Positions 37,520-46,328 of a DNA stretch of 64,000 bases are shown in pieces; the first letter of the stretch is position 1, and each line of letters begins with the position of its first letter. The stretch comes from Candidatus Chisholmbacteria bacterium RIFCSPHIGHO2_01_FULL_52_32. Its GTDB lineage: Bacteria; Patescibacteriota; Microgenomatia; UBA1400; Chisholmbacteraceae. The position numbers and the translations under genes were made by a program. Below the pieces are notes generated by a model. That model did not search any database. It was given only the letters and a program-made list of their open reading frames with translations, and was not told the DNA's origin. Location of the stretch: positions 650,681 to 714,680 of the forward strand of contig MHCJ01000003.1 of the NCBI GenBank assembly GCA_001816585.1. The letters are read 5' to 3'.

Positions 37520-37760
37520 AAGATTATCTTTGTGTCAAGTAAAAATAGGGTTTAAGGGAAGGTAAGGGTGACTAAGGGTGGATTAAGGGTAATTTGGGCA
37601 AGCTTGTAGCTGGGAGGATTAGGAAAGCTTGTAGCTTGTAGCTTATTAGCTTGTAGATAAAGAGAGAGAAGATTTAGGATTTACGATTTATGATTTACGA
37701 ATAGAGAAATAAGAGAGAAGATTTAGGGATTAGGAATGAGAGAGAAGCCGGAGGTTTACC
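37520..37760. repeat. degenerate short tandem word repeats (TAAGGGT, CTTGTAG, GATTTA families) with regularly spaced GGG tracts
   Basis: aagggaaggtaagggtgactaagggtggattaagggtaatttggg...cttgtagcttgtagcttattagcttgtag... Confidence 0.8.
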
Positions 37761-37766
37761 ACAGTA

Positions 37767-37850
37767 CCAGACCAGTCAGACTGGTCGGTACGTGGTTTCA
37801 GTCTCTCGATTGAATGAAGCCCCGAGTCTGACTCGGGGAGGCTTCACTTG
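37767..37850. terminator. composite hairpin element, copy 2 of the 9513-9611 family
   Basis: gtaccagaccagtcagactggtcggtac hairpin, then ccccgagtctgactcgggg hairpin, then gaggcttcac. The stem base pair differs from copy 1 in a compensatory way (gcacc/ggtgc versus gtacc/ggtac). Confidence 0.5.
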
Positions 37851-39085
37851 GTTCTCTTTTGCAGAACAGATCTTGCGTAGATAACCAGCGCTCCCAAGCC
37901 TGCAAGACAACCCACAACTTCGACAAAAAATCCGATATACCTTGCTGTGTGCAGGAGGGTATATACCGCAAGACCGACGGCGAAACTGACATACACATGC
38001 ACCTTCTGATTGAGGATGCGTCCCAACCAATTCCCGATTGCGAGTCCGATAAAGACTTTGGCGATATACAGATCGATCAGAAGCAGCATGAAAAGGATCA
38101 GCGTCAGCGGGATTCCGACAAGCGTTACCATACCGAGTATGAATGCCGGACCGGCAAGCAGGAAGATCAGAAATCCCCATCCCAAACTGCTGAATAATTT
38201 CTTCTCCACCGTTTCTGCGACAATCTGGCTCTCTTTCGGGAAGAGCTTGAGGATCACCAGTCCGACGATGAGCGCGGCAAAATAGGACCAGATCCGGAAG
38301 CCGATCGTTAATCCGCGAAATATCCCCTGCCCGACATTCCTGATGTATTGTGGGCGTAATTCTTTTGCGAGAGAGAGTTGGCTGGGTATCACTTTGCGAA
38401 TTTTTCCGGATACTGTCGCTTCTCCGACAAAACGCGGTTCTTCTTCGCTGGAGTAGATAAGATCACCGTTTACCTTTGCACCTGATCCGAGCGTCAGGGC
38501 GCCGGCGCCCACCTGAATGTCCTTGGCGACAATTCCGTCAAGGGTGACTGCACCGCCGCCGCCGGTAATGCCCCGTCCGACATTGGCTTGCGAATCGATC
38601 GATCCTCCGCCAAACACCAACCCGCCGCCGATCTTCGTTTCTTTATCGATGGAAATGTTTCCGCCCACAACCGTAACAGAATCACCGACTTGAGCCTCAT
38701 CAATGCGTACATTTCCTCCGGCTGCACGGATGTCTTGTGTAATTTTCCCGGAGATTTCGACGTTTCCCCCCGCCGCCAGAACATCACCGTTGACCGTACC
38801 CCGAATCCTTACCATTCCGCCTGCGGCATAGACATCACCGTTCACCGTTCCCTCAACTAACACCTCTTGCCCGGTAATAAACAGATCATCGTTGACAACC
38901 TGGTTCTTGGGGACTGCCGCCACCCTTTCTTCCCCTGTCGTCGTGACCACCGCACCCCTTATTACCGGAACAAACAGGAAGGAAAACGCCAAACCAATGA
39001 CCAAAACGGAAAAGATTTTTTTCATATCTTTTTTACTATCAGCGGAAAGCTTTCTTACTATATATAATTTGTTGTCCGTGTTCAA
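37844..39085 (-). CDS. bactofilin-like (polymer-forming, DUF583-type repeats) protein with C-terminal multi-TM anchor
   Basis: Signal, then repeated G-x-V-x-G-D-V beta-helix repeats, then about 5 TM helices. Confidence 0.55.
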   Translation of the reverse strand: MNTDNKLYIVRKLSADSKKDMKKIFSVLVIGLAFSFLFVPVIRGAVVTTTGEERVAAVPKNQVVNDDLFITGQEVLVEGTVNGDVYAAGGMVRIRGTVNGDVLAAGGNVEISGKITQDIRAAGGNVRIDEAQVGDSVTVVGGNISIDKETKIGGGLVFGGGSIDSQANVGRGITGGGGAVTLDGIVAKDIQVGAGALTLGSGAKVNGDLIYSSEEEPRFVGEATVSGKIRKVIPSQLSLAKELRPQYIRNVGQGIFRGLTIGFRIWSYFAALIVGLVILKLFPKESQIVAETVEKKLFSSLGWGFLIFLLAGPAFILGMVTLVGIPLTLILFMLLLIDLYIAKVFIGLAIGNWLGRILNQKVHVYVSFAVGLAVYTLLHTARYIGFFVEVVGCLAGLGALVIYARSVLQKRTK

Positions 39086-39089
39086 GAAG

Positions 39090-39360
39090 ATGGGTGGGTG
39101 TGAAGTGTACGAATCAGATAATTATGAATCATGAATTATAAGAAGTTAAGGGAGGGTAAGGGGTGTTAAGGGAAATTAAAGGAAGTTAGGGGAAGTTAGG
39201 AGAGGCTAAGTGGTTGTAGGTCCGAGCTGCGCAAATGTTAAGGGTGTTTAAGGGAAGTTAAGGCCCCAGTGGGATAGTCAAGGCATCCCACGGGGTCGGT
39301 GAGAAGTTAAGGGAGGTTAAGGGATTGCAGGACCTTTGCGTGTTTTTGCCGTATACTTAG
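39090..39360. repeat. GTTAAGG-type degenerate tandem repeats with the embedded conserved hairpin element (copy 2, 39260-39313)
   Basis: gttaagggagggtaaggggtgttaagggaaattaaaggaagttaggggaagttagg...aaggccccagtgggatagtcaaggcatcccacggggtcggtgagaagttaaggg. Confidence 0.8.
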
Positions 39361-39370
39361 AATCGATCCT

Positions 39371-39838
39371 ATGAAAAATAATCTTCCGGAGAAAATCCGG
39401 TTTACCAAGGAAGGGTACGCGAAGATGGAAGAGGAATTCCAAGCCTTAACGGATGAACGGGTGGAAATCCTGGTGCGGCTGCAAACGGCCCGCGAGATGG
39501 GAGATTTATCCGAAAACGGTGCCTATACGGCAGCCCGCTTGGAGCTCGGATCAACCGACAGAAGGCTCCGCCAGCTACGCTACCTGATGCGTTTTGCCGA
39601 GGTGGTGGAGAGCAAATCCGCCGGAACCATCGACTTCGGCAGCCTGGTTACGCTTGATAACGGGAAGAAACAGATGATCTTCACTCTGGTCGGAAAGTAT
39701 GAATCCGATCCTGCCAAACAAAAACTGTCCATTGAGGGCCCGCTCGGAATGGCTCTCAAGGGAAAACGGGCAGGAGACACGGTGAAGGTACATGCCCCGG
39801 CAGGGACGACAACCTACCGCGTGGTGAAGGTGGAGTGA
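39371..39838 (+). CDS. greA: transcription elongation factor GreA
   Basis: 155 aa with the N-terminal coiled coil carrying the DxxENxxY region and a C-terminal FKBP-like domain. Confidence 0.9.
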   Translation: MKNNLPEKIRFTKEGYAKMEEEFQALTDERVEILVRLQTAREMGDLSENGAYTAARLELGSTDRRLRQLRYLMRFAEVVESKSAGTIDFGSLVTLDNGKKQMIFTLVGKYESDPAKQKLSIEGPLGMALKGKRAGDTVKVHAPAGTTTYRVVKVE

Positions 39839-39857
39839 GAATTAGGCACGGGAGGCT

Positions 39858-39950
39858 TACTTGACAATAAGGTTTACAATTATATTGACAATTATTTAGG
39901 GCAAAGCTTGACACAAAACTTGACAATAAGCTTTACCATTGTGTAGTCTT
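39858..39950 (+). promoter_or_regulatory. four TTGACA boxes in 65 nt (two copies of cTTGACAATAAG) upstream of the Fic gene
   Basis: TTGACA at 39861, 39885, 39908 and 39920. A possible operator array. Confidence 0.4.
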
Positions 39951-39961
39951 GAAAGAGAAGT

Positions 39962-40981
39962 ATGCTCCGCCCCAGGTACAAACGCACCAATAAGATCCTC
40001 ACCAACATCGCCGAGATCGAGCGGCTGTACGGGCAGATTGAGGCAATCCGGATCCCCGAGAAACTGGAGCTCAACCTCAAGCGGGACAACCTGATTAAAT
40101 CCACCTACGCCTCAAACCGCATCGAAGGAAACCCCTTAACACTTCCCGAAGTGACCAACCTCCTTTTGGATGAGCGGGTGCCGACGAACCGGGACGAAAA
40201 GGAAGTGGTCAGTTACTTTACGCTTCTGTCGGAGCTTGACCGGTTCAAGGACAGCGAACTCTCTTTGGAACTCGTGCGCGACTTTCATGGGCGGGTACTG
40301 GCGGGCGTGGATGAGACGGCAGGCAGAATCAGAGACCGGAAGGTCGTGGTCGGCAAGTATCTCGGGGAGCGGGGATCAATGACGCTCAGAGTAAAGCATG
40401 ATCCCCCTTTCCATGCCCGCGAGAAGATCGAGGCAGCTTTGACGGACCTTCTTCTGTGGACGGGAAAGGCGGGCAATTTGCCGACCGTTCTTAAGACCGG
40501 GATTTTCCACCACGAATTCGTGTACATCCACCCGTTTGAGGACGGGAACGGCCGCGTCTGCCGCATGCTGACGTCGCTTTTATTTATTAAAGACGGGTAC
40601 CGGATCAATAAATACTTCATCCTGGACGATTACTACGACATCGATAAGATCCTCTACTCGGACCAATTGCATTCCGCCGATAACGGGGACAAGACCGCGT
40701 GGCTTGAGTATTTCTCTGACGGGGTCAAGTATTCCCTGATCGGGGCACTCGACCGGGTGAAGAACGCGGCACGGACCCTTTCCCACAGGGACCGGCCGAC
40801 GAAGAAGGAAAGCGAGGTCCTGGCAATCATGCAGGAGCAACCGGAGATGACCTCGACTGAGATCGCCGCAAAAATCGGGGTTACCCGGCAACAAGCGCAC
40901 AACCTGCTTTCTTCACTGGTCCGGAAAAGCCTGATCGAGCGCAAAGGAACGACGAAGTCGAGCTACTATATCATTAAGTGA
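39962..40981 (+). CDS. Fic/DOC-family protein with C-terminal wHTH
   Basis: Core Fic motif HPFEDGNGRVCR plus a C-terminal HTH (TSTEIAAKIGVTRQQAHNLLSSL). Confidence 0.85.
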   Translation: MLRPRYKRTNKILTNIAEIERLYGQIEAIRIPEKLELNLKRDNLIKSTYASNRIEGNPLTLPEVTNLLLDERVPTNRDEKEVVSYFTLLSELDRFKDSELSLELVRDFHGRVLAGVDETAGRIRDRKVVVGKYLGERGSMTLRVKHDPPFHAREKIEAALTDLLLWTGKAGNLPTVLKTGIFHHEFVYIHPFEDGNGRVCRMLTSLLFIKDGYRINKYFILDDYYDIDKILYSDQLHSADNGDKTAWLEYFSDGVKYSLIGALDRVKNAARTLSHRDRPTKKESEVLAIMQEQPEMTSTEIAAKIGVTRQQAHNLLSSLVRKSLIERKGTTKSSYYIIK

Positions 40982-41039
40982 TAAGGGAAAAGGAATCAGT
41001 GATAAGGGATGAGGAGTCTTTCGACTCCTTCGACTTCGC

Positions 41040-41215
41040 TCAGGATAAAGGTTTAGGGTATAGAGCGGAGAGCATAGAGCAGAGAGGAGAGAGGAGAGCG
41101 GAGAGCTTAGGGCATAGAGCTTAGAGCAGAGAGGAGAGAGGAGAGCGGAGAGCTTAGGGCATAGAGCTTAGAGCAGAGAGCGGAGGGGAGAGGGGAAAGG
41201 ATGGAGGGGAGAGGG
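41040..41215. repeat. GAGAG/TAGAGC-rich tandem repeats including a perfect ~47-bp tandem duplication (about 41081-41127 and 41128-41175)
   Basis: gagaggagagaggagagcggagagcttagggcatagagcttagagca occurs twice in tandem. Confidence 0.85.
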
Positions 41216-41223
41216 TAGAGGGT

Positions 41224-42552
41224 TTAGTCAGGCTCGTAGAACCAATTCCAATCCGGATCGATCACTTCCTGAATGCTGCTCTTTTTCATCTTGTAGATGC
41301 CGTCTTCGAATACCGTCTGCCAGGTGCCTTCGTAGAAGTGGAAATCCGCTTCTCCATCCACCCAATTTTTCGTCGAGAATTTGACAAAGACGGTATCGTT
41401 TTTCCCTGCTGCCTGTTTTGTCACGAAGATTTGGACGTCCAGGACATCGGTGAAGCGGTTGGACCACTCCTCAAAATCGGTCTTTTGCAGATACTCTCTG
41501 CTTAGGAGCCTGAAACCGTCCTCCATCCGCCGCGCCTTGAGGTAGGTATAGAAGGCTTTGACCGCTTCTTCGGGCGAAACGGCTGGATCGGCCTTGATCT
41601 TGGCAATATCCTGGTCGGTAAAGGTCGGCCAGAGGTGCTGAATGGAGTCGCCGGAGACGAAAAATGAGGTCCCCGCGATGGACGCGGTATTGATTCCGAC
41701 CACTTCCCCGCATTGATCGACGACCGGCCCGCCGCTCATCCCATCCGCAAGATCCAGATTTATTTGCAGGAAATCAAGGGGATTCTTTTTTGACCGCCGC
41801 AGGCTTGCAAAATTCCCTTTGTAGACGGTGACTTCTCCGGGAAGACCCGTCCCGAAGGCGTAGCCGGCGGACATTACCGGTTCATTGGGCTGCAGCAATT
41901 CCGGCGAAGAGAACGAGAGCACCATGCCGCTTTGCTTTTCTCCGAGATACAGGAGGGCAAGGTCCGCATCTTTGTTGGCGGTGATGTTTTCCGGTGTCGT
42001 AAAATTACCGCTCGGGAAAATGACCTTCGGGCTCGGCTCACCGTCAATGACATGGAAGCTGGTCAGGACCTGGTTCGGAGCGACAAAGAATCCCGATCCC
42101 TCGGAATAACCCCCCACCACGCGGACGACCGATCCCTGGAGGTTCCTTGTCGTTAACCATTCGGAACAGAGGAATTTTTGATATCCCCCGAAGCGCTCGA
42201 CCAGGTAACCGAAGCGGTACTCCGTAAAGATGAAGTAGGAAAAGATGGCAGCCCAAAAGACGGTTTTTGCGAAGTTCTTTTTGCTCCTCAACGGCCAAAT
42301 CAGCAGATAAAAGGCGAGTTTGACAAGCCTGGTGATGAACTTAAGGAGGAGGAGACCTATGTAGTAAAGGCTGTAGGTGAACAGTTTAATTGGGAAAAGC
42401 GGAAGGGGAAAGAGGAGGTGGCGGATATAGGCCTTCGTGAGGGCGACCGCGAGGTGAACGCTTCTAAAGAGCTTTATCTTAAGCGTCCTTGTCCAGGGGA
42501 AGGTATTCGTGAAGAACCGTTTTAGGCCCCGCATGATGCCATATTGTAGCAC
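41224..42552 (-). CDS. membrane-bound trypsin-like serine protease with C-terminal accessory domain
   Basis: N-terminal TMs, catalytic His (TSFHVI), Asp (DADLALL) and Ser (GMSGGPV). Confidence 0.7.
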   Translation of the reverse strand: MLQYGIMRGLKRFFTNTFPWTRTLKIKLFRSVHLAVALTKAYIRHLLFPLPLFPIKLFTYSLYYIGLLLLKFITRLVKLAFYLLIWPLRSKKNFAKTVFWAAIFSYFIFTEYRFGYLVERFGGYQKFLCSEWLTTRNLQGSVVRVVGGYSEGSGFFVAPNQVLTSFHVIDGEPSPKVIFPSGNFTTPENITANKDADLALLYLGEKQSGMVLSFSSPELLQPNEPVMSAGYAFGTGLPGEVTVYKGNFASLRRSKKNPLDFLQINLDLADGMSGGPVVDQCGEVVGINTASIAGTSFFVSGDSIQHLWPTFTDQDIAKIKADPAVSPEEAVKAFYTYLKARRMEDGFRLLSREYLQKTDFEEWSNRFTDVLDVQIFVTKQAAGKNDTVFVKFSTKNWVDGEADFHFYEGTWQTVFEDGIYKMKKSSIQEVIDPDWNWFYEPD

Positions 42553-42612
42553 GGGTTATGGGATATGAATTATGAATTATGAATTATGAATTAAGATTTG
42601 AGAATTGAGAAG
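42553..42612. repeat. AATTATG tandem heptamer (4 copies)
   Basis: gaattatgaattatgaattatgaattaag. The same word repeat recurs at 52654-52690. Confidence 0.85.
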
Positions 42613-43722
42613 TCAGCGTTGGTCTCCCTGCGCGAGGTTTTTGTTGTAGAAGAGGGACAGATCGAATTCCTGCTTGGCTTTTTCTTCCTCTCCCTTTTGG
42701 CGGTAGATTTCTCCCCGAATTTGGTAGAGCTCCGAGAAGGCGCGGTTCCCTCCGTTTAAAATATTGTCCGTTATCGCAAACACCCTGTCGTCGTCGCCGA
42801 GTTTTTGATAGGCGAGAATCGGTTCAATCTGATACCAGAGCATGCGCCGGGGAAGCCTGGTTTCCACCTGTTCAAAAGCTTTTACAGACTCTTCATTGTG
42901 TCCCAGGTGCTGGTCGGCAACGGAGAGGTTAAAGAGGGGGTAGATATTTTGCGGGTCGAGCCCGTGTTCTTGCTCGGCGCGCTGACGGGCGTTGTCCCAG
43001 GCGACGGCTTCATCCATTTCCAGGCCAATGATCGCTTCAACCAGGGCCTCCTGTTCTTCCTTATAGATAACGATGTAGCCGAAGTTAAACGGCTGCCACA
43101 TCGAGAGAAAGTCATAGTAGGCGATCCGCTTGTTCGGCCCTTGGTACGAGTCATCCTGGATGATCAGTTTCTTTTCTTCGTCGAAGCCCCGAACGATGCG
43201 AAAGTGCCCGATGTCCTCATCGACCTTCAGCCAGGTTTTGACCACGACCGGAATGCCATTGTTCGTTAACACTTTGAGGAGGCGGATGTCCCCATTTGGC
43301 CGATGAAGCGCCTTTACACCATAGTGCTGGGCCCAAGCGACGAACTCACGGGGGAAGATCGTTTTGTCGTCATTGTCCCCTTTGGGATTTTGGTACGGGC
43401 GCATTTGATCTGCGAGTTCTTTTTGGGACACCGAGATTCCGAAATATGACAGCATCATGGAGAGGGTGGCCGGGCCGCAGTTGTTGAAAGTCTGATAGAC
43501 GTGGGTCGGGCCGGGAAGGAGGGTCGAGCTGCCGGGTTCCCTGACCGGAGTGTCCGGTTTTTCCTGTTCGGTTTCCGCTTTTGGCTCCGCTTCCGCGCTT
43601 GCCTCCCGGGGTGCTTCGATGAATTTGGTTTCAACGGCTGGCCTGGGCCTATTGAAAATAGCATACGCACTGATTGCTATGAGAAAAACCGATGCCACGA
43701 GAAGAAGGATTGTTCTTCGCAT
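42613..43722 (-). CDS. C39-like cysteine peptidase domain protein with C-terminal TPR-like region
   Basis: Signal/TM, then the NNCGPATLSMMLSYFG Cys active-site region of the peptidase_C39_2 type. Confidence 0.6.
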   Translation of the reverse strand: MRRTILLLVASVFLIAISAYAIFNRPRPAVETKFIEAPREASAEAEPKAETEQEKPDTPVREPGSSTLLPGPTHVYQTFNNCGPATLSMMLSYFGISVSQKELADQMRPYQNPKGDNDDKTIFPREFVAWAQHYGVKALHRPNGDIRLLKVLTNNGIPVVVKTWLKVDEDIGHFRIVRGFDEEKKLIIQDDSYQGPNKRIAYYDFLSMWQPFNFGYIVIYKEEQEALVEAIIGLEMDEAVAWDNARQRAEQEHGLDPQNIYPLFNLSVADQHLGHNEESVKAFEQVETRLPRRMLWYQIEPILAYQKLGDDDRVFAITDNILNGGNRAFSELYQIRGEIYRQKGEEEKAKQEFDLSLFYNKNLAQGDQR

Positions 43723-43739
43723 GGGGATATTATAGACGG

Positions 43740-43868
43740 GGAAGGTCAAAAAGCGTATGGCGAATGGCAAATAGCAAATAGCTAATAGCAGATGGCATAT
43801 AGCTTATAGCTTATGGCGTATAGCTGATAGCGAAGAGCAGGAGATCAGAGAGAAGTTAAGGGGGAAGA
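43740..43868. repeat. ATAGC(A/T) word repeats
   Basis: gcaaatagcaaatagctaatagcagatggcatatagcttatagcttatggcgtatagctgatagcg. Confidence 0.8.
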
Positions 43869-44141
43869 TTACTTTCTTCGGGGAGGTGCTTCTCCACCGC
43901 GACTGCCGCGGAGTTCGTTTACTACCCTCCCGGTTGGGTCAACACGACGGAGGAACGATTCGCCGGTGAGGGGGGTCGTCTCCAGCTCTACTTTGTTGCC
44001 TTTTTCGTCAACTTCCAAGGTTGTCGGTTTTGGGTGAAACATTTCTTCTACCTGATCGGGCATACTACTATTATAGTATAATCCGCTCTTTTGAATTTTG
44101 CACTCTATGCACCTCATTGTACGTAATTTATGTCTAGACAA
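43869..44141 (-). CDS. small hypothetical protein
   Basis: 90-aa ORF with no motif. Confidence 0.25.
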   Translation of the reverse strand: MSRHKLRTMRCIECKIQKSGLYYNSSMPDQVEEMFHPKPTTLEVDEKGNKVELETTPLTGESFLRRVDPTGRVVNELRGSRGGEAPPRRK

Positions 44142-44175
44142 TGGGGTACAATGGGTTTATAAACAATCCGTGCGT

Positions 44176-44661
44176 ATGGGACAGGTTTTTTTCCTTTTTG
44201 TGATATCGCTTGTGTTGTCTGCCTGTACGCTGACGTGGCCGAAAGACATCGAGGTTCCCAATGAATCCGAAATTAACCCACCGCCTACGGAGGTGACAAT
44301 GACACCGGCACCTGACGCGACACTCAAGATTGAAGATATGTACGGCGGGACCGGACCCGAGGCAAAGGATGGAGACCGGGTTTCCGTTCACTACACCGGG
44401 ACTTTTCCGGACGGCGGGAAGTTTGACAGCTCTATTGACCGCAAAGAGCCGTTTGAGTTTACGCTGGGAAAAGGGGAGGTCATCCGCGGTTGGGATATCG
44501 GTGTTGCCGGTATGCAGGTCGGCGCGAAGCGGCGGCTGACTGTTCCGCCGCAGTTTGCCTACGGGGAGCGGGGGGCCGGGAATGTCATACCGCCGAATGC
44601 GACGCTTATCTTTGAAATCGACTTACTTGCGATTAATCCTCCGAAGGAATCCAGTTTTTAG
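44176..44661 (+). CDS. FKBP-type peptidyl-prolyl cis-trans isomerase, lipoprotein
   Basis: Signal with lipobox LSAC, then the FKBP domain ([15 protein letters not shown]...[19 protein letters not shown]...[10 protein letters not shown]). Confidence 0.85.
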   Translation: MGQVFFLFVISLVLSACTLTWPKDIEVPNESEINPPPTEVTMTPAPDATLKIEDMYGGTGPEAKDGDRVSVHYTGTFPDGGKFDSSIDRKEPFEFTLGKGEVIRGWDIGVAGMQVGAKRRLTVPPQFAYGERGAGNVIPPNATLIFEIDLLAINPPKESSF

Positions 44662-44945
44662 ATCTTCCTTTGTTTGTGATCCATGTTCCTTCTTTGCGCA
44701 CACAAAGTAGGTTGCCCCTTTCTTTGCATGCCCAAAGAAAGCGGCGAAAGAAAGGGCACCCCAGTGAACGATCTCTCGGGAACTTGTTCGCTCATATTAT
44801 GTCATCAAACTCCTCGGGATAAACCCTTCGTCAGGCAGTCGATGACTTCTTAAAGGAATTCGCTCACGTCGTTCTCGAGTAGCTGCGTTCAAAGGGGTTT
44901 CAACATGAAGCTGACGACTGAAGGCTGAAGACGATACCCTATACG

Positions 44946-45338
44946 CTAGACGCTTTGTCCGGCTTTGACCGGCATTTCTCCAATGTACTTTTTGGCTTTT
45001 TCCAACAGTTCCGCGAGGGTGACGTTGACTTTGAGGAGGTACTCTTTCGCACCCAATTTGCGGGCGGACTCCCCTTCTTCGGCGAGGTTCGTCATGACAA
45101 TAACCGGAATATCTTTCGTTACCTCGGAAAGCTTCAACTGCTGGAGAACGTCAAAGCCGTTCATCCCGCCCGGAAGCATGATGTCGAGGATAATCAGGTC
45201 CGGTTTTCCCAACGTAGCTTTCGAGAGCCCCGACTGGCCGTCTCCGGCAAGATCAACCGCAAAACCTACTTGGGTGAATTTCTTCTGATAGGCAAGGGCT
45301 AAGGGCTGGTCGTCTTCGACAACAAGAATTTTTTTCAT
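44946..45338 (-). CDS. single-domain response regulator (REC), third of three in tandem
   Basis: LVVEDD, LIILDIMLPG, IPVIVMT and K motifs of a receiver domain. Confidence 0.85.
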   Translation of the reverse strand: MKKILVVEDDQPLALAYQKKFTQVGFAVDLAGDGQSGLSKATLGKPDLIILDIMLPGGMNGFDVLQQLKLSEVTKDIPVIVMTNLAEEGESARKLGAKEYLLKVNVTLAELLEKAKKYIGEMPVKAGQSV

Positions 45339-45721
45339 TCCTTACTCTTCTGATACACGCGAAGGACTTCTCTGATGGTGTTGACGAGGGTGTTTAAAGA
45401 CGTCTCCGCTTTCACCAACAGACGATACTCACCGAGGGCAACGATCTTCGAAACCTTTTCGCCTTCGGAGAGGTTGGTAAAAACGATCACGGGGATTTTG
45501 GTTCTTTCCGGATCGGTGCGGAGCCTTTCTAAAAACCACACCCCATCGGTGAAGGGCAAGATGACGTCGAGGATGATGCAGTCGACCGGTTCCCGGTTGA
45601 CGATCTCCCACCCCTTCTTACCACTGTCAGCGGTCGTCACTTCAAAGCCTTCTTTCTCAAGTTTCGTCTTTACGGCTGTCACGAGCTCCGGTTCGTCTTC
45701 GATCACCAGGATCTTACTCAT
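45335..45721 (-). CDS. single-domain response regulator (REC), second of three
   Basis: LVIEDE, CIILDVILP, IPVIVFT and K motifs. Confidence 0.85.
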   Translation of the reverse strand: MSKILVIEDEPELVTAVKTKLEKEGFEVTTADSGKKGWEIVNREPVDCIILDVILPFTDGVWFLERLRTDPERTKIPVIVFTNLSEGEKVSKIVALGEYRLLVKAETSLNTLVNTIREVLRVYQKSKE

Positions 45722-46119
45722 TATGTTCCTCCTTTATTGAGATATTGACGGATCTCCTCAACGATTTCTTCGAGGCGTTTCTCAGCCTTTAGGAAATACT
45801 TCTGTGCCCCCAGTGCGATCATGGCGTTGACTTTGTCCGGGCCGGCCGTGTTTGAAACCACGAACACGGGGATACCGGCAAGCTTTGGGTCGGCTTTGAT
45901 TTTGGTGAGGAACTCCAGACCGCTCATCGCCGGGAGGTAATAATCAAGCCAGATGAGCGAAGGGGGTTTGGGGAGGTCCTTCAGGATCCCGAGTGCCCGG
46001 CTGCCGTCCTGGGCCGTCCGTGTTTCAAACCCGGAAAGCTCAAGCTTCTTTTGGATTGCCGAAAGCAACGGGAGTTCATCTTCGATGACCAGGATCAGCG
46101 CTTTCTTCCCCGGCTCCAT
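45721..46119 (-). CDS. single-domain response regulator (REC), first of three
   Basis: LVIEDE, LIWLDYYLP, IPVFVVS and K motifs. Confidence 0.85.
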   Translation of the reverse strand: MEPGKKALILVIEDELPLLSAIQKKLELSGFETRTAQDGSRALGILKDLPKPPSLIWLDYYLPAMSGLEFLTKIKADPKLAGIPVFVVSNTAGPDKVNAMIALGAQKYFLKAEKRLEEIVEEIRQYLNKGGT

Positions 46120-46328
46120 AGTTTCCCCTTTCTTTCCTTGAGTGCAACGCGCTTGTTTTGAGATCGCGGAGCGAAAATTTCTTGGTCACAAACGGTGCAA
46201 TCTTGATAAGTATTCTCTGCTGTACTTTGTACCAGACAATTTGTCTGGCCTATGTGACCGGCGAAATTTGTTCCGCGCTCTCTTGAAAGATTATTGAGTG
46301 CGAAACTCTTGCTCCCTTGAGTGTAACG

